Notes under the pieces: model-generated
Seen by the model: only the letters and a program-made list of their open reading frames with translations
What the model was told of the DNA's origin: nothing
Database searches by the model: none
NCBI RefSeq assembly: GCF_026210795.1
Contig: NC_089429.1
Span: 1 to 64,000 of the forward strand
Length of the DNA stretch: 64,000 bases
Source of the DNA: Rhizophagus irregularis
Taxonomy: Eukaryota
Reading direction: 5' to 3'
Translations under genes and position numbers: made by a program
In this document: piece by piece, positions 59,214 to 64,000 of the stretch
How the letters are laid out: each line of letters opens with the position of its first letter
Position numbering within the stretch: position 1 is the first letter of the stretch

Positions 59214-61973
59214 CTAATTTTCGATTAAATGATCGGGTGCATATATTTCAGTGCCTTGTACATCAAATGGGAAAAAGTCTAATTTTTGCCTTTTATCCGC
59301 CCCTGGGTTCACATTATGAAAATGATCCTCACTAATATATGGCCGTTTTGCAATAACAGTATCCATAGAAACATCACCAATACCCTTAATAGTATTTTTT
59401 AACCTATTTATATCCCAAAAATTGGGATTGATATCCCTAGTAAGAGAAAATGTGGCTCGTGCTGAAAAAACGGGGCCAAAGTAGCTCTTAAAATTGTCTT
59501 TTGAGACGATCAGAATTTCTGGTAAATTTTCACTCCCCTCGTATGGTTGTGTAGTAAATATGATCGTTATGTCTCTATACTCTTGAAGCTCAGAATGTTC
59601 GACGCTATTAAAATTCTTCTCGTCTTCATCACTAACATTTTTCTCAGTCATCTTCTTTGAGCCATAATCCCATTGGTTTTGACCCATTATGAGATAAAAA
59701 ACTCCAGATACATCTTCCATAACATAAAATATGTCTGAAGATTCAGCAGAAGTACCATTAACAACAACACAATGCCCATTATTCCAGGGGATCTCTGAAC
59801 CATGCGTCAAATTTAAATTTAATGGAAATTGCTCTCTCGACTTATATATACCGAGCTCTTTCAATTTCATAACAATATCCAAGTTTTCTTTCGTTCCATA
59901 AGCACCAGGATGTAGATTTCGAAGGGATAGCTCATTTTTCCCCATTTTAATGGCCAGATTGACGTAAAAGGAAATGTGATGTGCTACAAATAATTCCCAT
60001 TCTTGCCAATACATATTATTATTTACATCAACAATCTTTAAGATATCATTATAAATGCAAACAAAAAAAAATGGCATTTCAATAAGGAACAAATTTTGAC
60101 CGCCATATGGAGAGAGAGAAAAATGCCCGTCGGTTTGCAGATCTCTGACTGTTGTCCCTTTATTATCTAAGCACTTATTTTTTTTAACAGGGATCCCCTC
60201 AACGCAATGATACAAAAGATTCATGAAAAGTTCCTTTTCACCGTAAACCTTTCTATTAATGGCGTACATTTCTTGAAGATCACTCTTAACGATTGAGAAA
60301 ATTTCATCACAATCATAATTTAGTTTCTCAAAGAATTCTTTTCCATTATCACATAATGTTTTAAAACATACGTCAAGGAGTCGTTCAAGTGCACGAGGCA
60401 AACCTCCAGTATCTATCAGAAGTTGTAAAAGTGGAGCCACTTAAATACGTGTTTTGTTATTGGTGGTGCTACGCCTTTTGTTTTGGGTGCTGCGTCTTTT
60501 TTAATTGGTGCTTCAAAGTTTAATAATGTTGTTGGTGCTTTAAATTTTGTCGCAAAATGGTCCATAATTAGAATCATCGATTTAATGTCCAATAATGGAC
60601 AATCAACAAACTGAAATGAGATACCCGTAACTTCTCTTTGTTTAGCAATAGCTCGTGGTGCTGTTCCTGAGAGGAATGGTTGTATAAAAGTAGAATATTC
60701 TTCAGTCGTGAATTTTGTAATGCAACGGATCATATTCCCAAAGAATTGGTTTGTTTTATTTTGTGCACCCCATTTATCAATCATTTGAAATTCATCAATA
60801 TGAAGATACAAGAATAATTTTTGATTGTTGGAGAACTTCAAAGATTCATAGTAATAATAAATGACGGAATCAAAAATGAAAATATCTTTGCCGTACTGAA
60901 GAGCTCTAGAGCGGAACACTTGGAATGTGGTGTCGTATTTTTTTTCAATGAAGAATGCATAAGCAATCCACAATCCAAGAATTACCTCTAATTTAAGTTC
61001 GCTGTCATATCCACTAAGGTAAAAACCATTCCCGAAATTCATATAGAGATATTCAAAATGTACATCGCCCCATTCTTCTGGAGGTTTTTGATGTAATCAA
61101 AAAGTTCTATTCCAAATCGAGTTTTTCCTATTCAAGGAATTTCAGATACAGATGGCAATCTATATAAATCATTTAGAAAAGACATAAGAAACTAAGAAAC
61201 TTACCTATCCCGGGGGCTCCTGCGCTGACGATACACCAATAATTCGAATTGCTTCTCTTTCTCCTAACATTAGCTACTGCGGTTTCTTTAATTTTAACCG
61301 TCGCCTCTCTAAAGTCACGTTGTTGCAGTGGCATGTCATTTGATTCGTAAGATGATTTAGGCTTACGCTCTTTCAAATCCTTCGTAATTTCTTTAATAAT
61401 TTCTCCAACTAAAGAGAGGCGGTAAATTTACATTAAAATCGGTATTAGAATAGTTCAAGCAATAAAGATTGTGCGCGCTTACTGGTTTTCCCGGTTTTCA
61501 AAGAACCTAATTGTTTGAAAAAAAAAAATCATGATTGGGAATGTGATGTAAACAATAAAATCGATTTTTGTTTGAGAGGTAAAACGTTGAGAAGCACTTA
61601 CCAGTGATGATGGAGGTGATGGCGATGATGTGAATGTTAGACGGTTTAAAATTTTTATGATCTAATTCATCTTGAAAATATTCTTCAAACAGTTCTTGGA
61701 GTCCCATTTCTTTTCCACCAAGTTTTTGTACAATGTCTTCTTCGGTAGAAACATTTTTATCTTTGATCTCTCTTTTCATGACATTAACTTTCCAAAGTTT
61801 CCCTTACTACAAATATCATTTTTGAGAAGTACACCTGTAAGTTCGCTTAAGTAGACTTTTTGTTGATGATCACCTTGTTGAAGAAAGGTGCACTTTTCAG
61901 TATTATCATTGAAAAAGGAAACCGGAATTAGAATATCAGAGTTTAGAAGTAAACAATTGAACGACTGTGCCAT
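59214..61973 (-). pseudogene. Crinkler (CRN)-like gene: N-terminal header, P-loop NTPase, restriction-endonuclease-like domain and helix-hairpin-helix; frameshifted
   Basis: Header MAQSFNCLLL...SNIHIIA; Walker A GAPGIGK(TRFG) split by an intron near 61204-61130; Walker B YLHIDEFQ; TGGLPRAL; AESSDIF..GQNQW; IKGIGDVSMDTVIAKRPY. Frame breaks occur near 61780, 61090 and 60430. Confidence 0.78.
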
Positions 61974-62639
61974 TTCGATGATATTGCTAATAAGAGTGAA
62001 CAAATGTAAGTCAAAAAGAAGTAAGTTGAAGTAAGTTAAAAAAAGTTGAAAGAGTTTTTTGGAGGTATATATACTTGTAAAAACTTCATTTTGACTAGAC
62101 GCGGTGGCTTGTTATAAGTTTATCAGGCGAAAGAAATGAATCGCATCTCATGAGTAATTATCACGAGTATTTATTAATTACTATTACGCAATTTTTCGGT
62201 TGTACAGTTGACTATATTTGACTAATGTGGCTTTTTGTATAAAAAAAATAAAACGCAGTAACTCTCTTACTCCGACGCAAAAGTATCGGACTTGTCCTCG
62301 TGGTATTTTCTTGACCTGATCAAAAATGCAGATCTATGCATAACAATAAATGTATTTTTCTTGACCCGATCCAAATAATGGAATTTTCTTGACCCATAAA
62401 TATAATCAAGTATTTTCCCGAAAAAAAAATCCGAATTTTTCGGAATTCTATGTACACTTCCGAAGATAAAAAAATTTGCCACTGAGAATTACCCTTTTAG
62501 GCTGATCTGTGGCTTGTGCTTAAACCATAATCATGTGTTTTTCAGAAAGAATATTCCGAAAGTTTATATTAACTATATCTGGTATATTATCATAGTTTAC
62601 TCCTGAACGCTAAAAAAAAAAATATTTTCGATTTTAATT

Positions 62640-63175
62640 TCATATAAACGAGCAATTATAATGTGTGTACTTGGTCTTTGATATTTTTCGTGGACTTGTA
62701 ACTTGTGTATGACCTTTTATTTTAATTTATTTGATCTTAATACATGGGCAATAATATGGTCTTTCGCGTCTAATGAGCAATTTAATTCATGTATAGCGGC
62801 CTCTTATTTTAATTTTTAATGGGTAATGTTAATTCATATTCTTATTTGATTTTAATACTTTTTCATGGACAATTTTAATTTATGTCTTTCCATTTGATCT
62901 CTAATATTTTTCGTAGGAATTTTTATTTATGGTGATGGTCTGATTTCTAATGAGCAATTATAATTCATATATAGTGGTCTTTCTATTTGATCTTTAATAT
63001 TTTTATGAGTAATTTTAATTTATATATGGCGGCTTTCATATTTTGATCTTTAATACCTACCCTTTCGTGAATTTAATTTATGTATGATGGTCTTATTATT
63101 ATTTGATCTTTAATATTTTTTTTGTGAGCGTGCGATAGTCTTTTCATTTAATTATTCACAGATTTTTAATTTATA
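62640..63175. repeat. Degenerate ~50-60 bp tandem repeats (TTTGATCTTTAATATTTTT...AATTTTAATTTAT), likely subterminal to the element at the window end
   Basis: The motif recurs visibly about eight times. Confidence 0.6.
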
Positions 63176-63329
63176 TGTAATAAATGCAATTTTTTTTTTG
63201 GAAAATATCATTTATTATATAAAAATATGCACAATTTAATATTTTACGTAGTTGAAAATAAAATGTTTATTTTGTATCACTAATATCAAAATATACAATT
63301 CACCAACCTGATACATATATTATTTCTAG

Positions 63330-64000
63330 TCTAGATTTTCATGTTTGTCCTTTCTTTCCAATTCTTTATTAATCCAATTTTTAATCACTGTTAATGTTGT
63401 ATCACATTTAGGTATATCAATATTATTGTACATACGAGATACCATTGATTGATTAAAACCAATATCATTAAGAGAAATATCCCTTATTTCTCGAGCTATT
63501 CTATATTGACTTGGAACATCAAGGGTTTTCCTATAATCTAAAATTATTTTAAATTCTTTAAGTATCTTTGATTCTTTGCTTGTAAAAACTCGTGTTCTTT
63601 TAGGTTTCCATTGTTCATTTAATTTATCTTGATCTTGGGATTTGTGATTAGAACTAGAATTATAAAATGTATTAGTATTATCGGCAATATGCTATTATTG
63701 TTAATTTAATAATAATAATTAATATAAATAAATAATTATCTCCTACGCATTAACTTTTCAGCAATTAAATTTTGTGTTGATTTTAAGGTTTGAGTACGAA
63801 TTCCAATATATTCATCAATAGGCAAATTCTTTTTACCAATATCCAAATTTTTGACAATATTATTTTCTACTTCTACTGTCGCCTGGTTCTATTCTTAATA
63901 GCCGGTACCAAATTACTCCATAAAACAATCGTCTTCCACCAAACTTTTTCTAAGTAGTTTTTTAAATTGACACTATAAAAAGGATTTATAATTGATTTTC
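63330..64000 (-). pseudogene. 3' part of a decayed MULE/NOF-Foldback-like transposase with a C-terminal HTH-like segment; runs off the window
   Basis: Manual translation gives NPFYSVNLKNYLEKVWWKTIVLWSNLV...ATVEVENNIVKNLD, then an intron near 63747-63657, then IGFNQSMVSRMY...IKNWI. Frameshifts are present. Confidence 0.5.

Overview
AT-rich, transposon-dense eukaryotic DNA with short GT-AG introns. The gene content (MATA-type HMG box, Crinkler-like gene, small secreted proteins) points to a Glomeromycotina arbuscular mycorrhizal fungus such as Rhizophagus; this is an inference, not a database match. The first 37 kb is a nest of mobile elements: a decayed pogo/Tigger transposon; a young full-length Ty3/Gypsy LTR retrotransposon (7391-18294) inside a non-autonomous TIR element; a near-intact intron-containing CACTA/EnSpm (Tnp2) transposase flanked by palindromic repeat arrays; a 5'-truncated RNase H-bearing LINE; and a three-level nested insertion. 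The rest holds an HMG-box gene, orphan ORFs, secreted-protein genes, a multi-exon membrane protein, a Crinkler-type NTPase/nuclease pseudogene and a MULE/NOF-like remnant. The top finding is that the Gypsy Pol carries an intact thymidylate/deoxynucleoside kinase-like P-loop domain fused after RNase H. The element is also split into five ORFs, with a UGA-CUA readthrough signal and a free-standing integrase. All domain calls come from recognising motifs by eye; no searches were run.
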